A stretch of DNA of 32,301 bases, from assembly GCA_030638455.1 (NCBI GenBank), contig DAOWEP010000023.1, forward strand, positions 1 through 32,301, written 5' to 3'. This DNA is from Gammaproteobacteria bacterium (GTDB taxonomy: Bacteria; Pseudomonadota; Gammaproteobacteria; DAOWEP01). Below the pieces are notes generated by a model, which saw only the letters and a list, made by a program, of their open reading frames with translations, was not told where the DNA came from and did no database searches. Position numbers and translations under genes: made by a program. Positions 31,286 through 32,301 of this stretch are shown here, one piece after another (position 1 is the stretch's first letter; each line of letters opens with the position of its first letter).

Positions 31286-32301
31286 TCACGCATTCACCTG
31301 CCACTGTTTCATATGTGTTAGTTCATACATGATGGGTACCAGGATCAGACTCACCAGCATAGAAAACGATAGCCCGGATACAATAGATACGGCTAGTGGT
31401 CTGAGCATCTCGGCACCTTCACCAAAGCCAATGGCTAATGGCAGCATACCGAATACGGTTGTGAGTGTAGTCATCAAAATAGGGCGCAACCTTAAACGTG
31501 CGGCCTCAAGAATAGCTTCACGAATATGGCTGCCCCTGTCTCGTACTATCTCGATGTACTCCACCAGTACAATGGCATTGTTTACCACAATACCTGCCAG
31601 CATGATAATGCCCAGTTTCACGGGCATGGACAATGGCAGCCCTGTTAAATAAATACCGATGGCTACACCGATCAAGGCAAAGGGTACACTCAGCATAATG
31701 ATGACAGGGTTGCGCAGGGATTCATATTGAATGGCCATTACTACAAACACCAGAAACAATGCCAGAAATAGTAGTGTTACCCCCAGGGCTCTGCTTTCCT
31801 GTAGCGTTTTCTTAGAACCACCGTCATACAGGGTGTAACCTTGAGGTAGTTCCAGGGTCTCCAGTTTTTTATCGATACTGACGAGTACACCCCCCAGTGT
31901 TGCACCCCTTGCAATAGAGGCGCTGACTTCAACAATGCGTTGCTGATTATCACGCAGGATCCTGGAAGAGGATTCAATCAGGTTTATTTTTGCCACATTG
32001 CCCAGGTATATTGCCTTTTTATTTTCCCTGGCCGGAAACAATAATATGGACTCCAGATCCTGTGGGTTTGATGCCTCCACTTGAGGGATGCGTACACGTA
32101 TATCATAACTGCGGTCACCCTCAAGAAAGTCGGTTACCACGATGCCGGACAGGGCAATACGCATGGCCCTGCCTACGTCCTCTACGTCCAGTCCAAGGTT
32201 GCTTGCCCGCTCCCGATCGATATCGATTTTAAGTTCATGATGAACGTCTTCAGAGGAATGTGAAATGTTACGTAGCCCTTTAACATCTTTCAGGTTAAGT
32301 G
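31286..32301 (-). CDS. RND-family efflux transporter (AcrB/CzcA-like), C-terminal part; the gene continues past the right edge
   Basis: The track ORF 31286-32164 stays open upstream to 32301 (my translation: LKDVKGLRNISHSSEDVHHELKIDIDRERASNLGLDVEDVGRAM..). AIQYESLRNPVIIMLSVPFALIG, GIVVNNAIVLVEY and LRLRPILMTTLTTVFGMLPLA are typical RND TM8-12 sequences. Confidence 0.9.
   Translation of the reverse strand, partial: LNLKDVKGLRNISHSSEDVHHELKIDIDRERASNLGLDVEDVGRAMRIALSGIVVTDFLEGDRSYDIRVRIPQVEASNPQDLESILLFPARENKKAIYLGNVAKINLIESSSRILRDNQQRIVEVSASIARGATLGGVLVSIDKKLETLELPQGYTLYDGGSKKTLQESRALGVTLLFLALFLVFVVMAIQYESLRNPVIIMLSVPFALIGVAIGIYLTGLPLSMPVKLGIIMLAGIVVNNAIVLVEYIEIVRDRGSHIREAILEAARLRLRPILMTTLTTVFGMLPLAIGFGEGAEMLRPLAVSIVSGLSFSMLVSLILVPIMYELTHMKQWQVNA

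Overview
AT-rich (about 40% GC by eye) window from a Gram-negative, probably proteobacterial genome; I cannot name the species. About 25.6 kb (1958-27549) is one co-directional plus-strand signalling cluster of 20 genes with short or overlapping junctions. It has four parts. (1) A chemosensory core: cheY, a STAS gene, cheA, one very large multi-sensor MCP, cheW, cheR, cheB. (2) A relay layer: a stand-alone REC, a REC-HisKA-HATPase-REC-REC hybrid kinase, REC-PAS, and four paralogous soluble histidine kinases. (3) A c-di-GMP layer: two REC-HD-GYP proteins and an HDOD protein, with no GGDEF or EAL. (4) A terminal trio: an MglA-type small GTPase, a soluble kinase, and a PilB/GspE-type ATPase carrying an N-terminal receiver. 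None of the 11 intact receiver domains is attached to a DNA-binding domain, and the MCP is the only membrane-anchored sensor. Two points stand out: the MglA-kinase-REC-PilB module, and a near-canonical MshEN-type c-di-GMP-binding double motif inside CheA. Upstream lies a 1.25 kb ORF-free leader containing a 265-nt perfectly nested inverted-repeat element. Downstream (27.6-31.2 kb) is a decayed mosaic: a broken REC gene, a heme-c DUF3365-like protein, short relics of HDOD-like and pilB-like paralogs, and two truncated copies of one IS transposase flanking a CBS / cytochrome b / CBS trio. The window begins inside a membrane-sensor gene and ends inside an RND efflux pump gene, both on the minus strand. 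All family calls come from reading the translations by eye; no searches were run.
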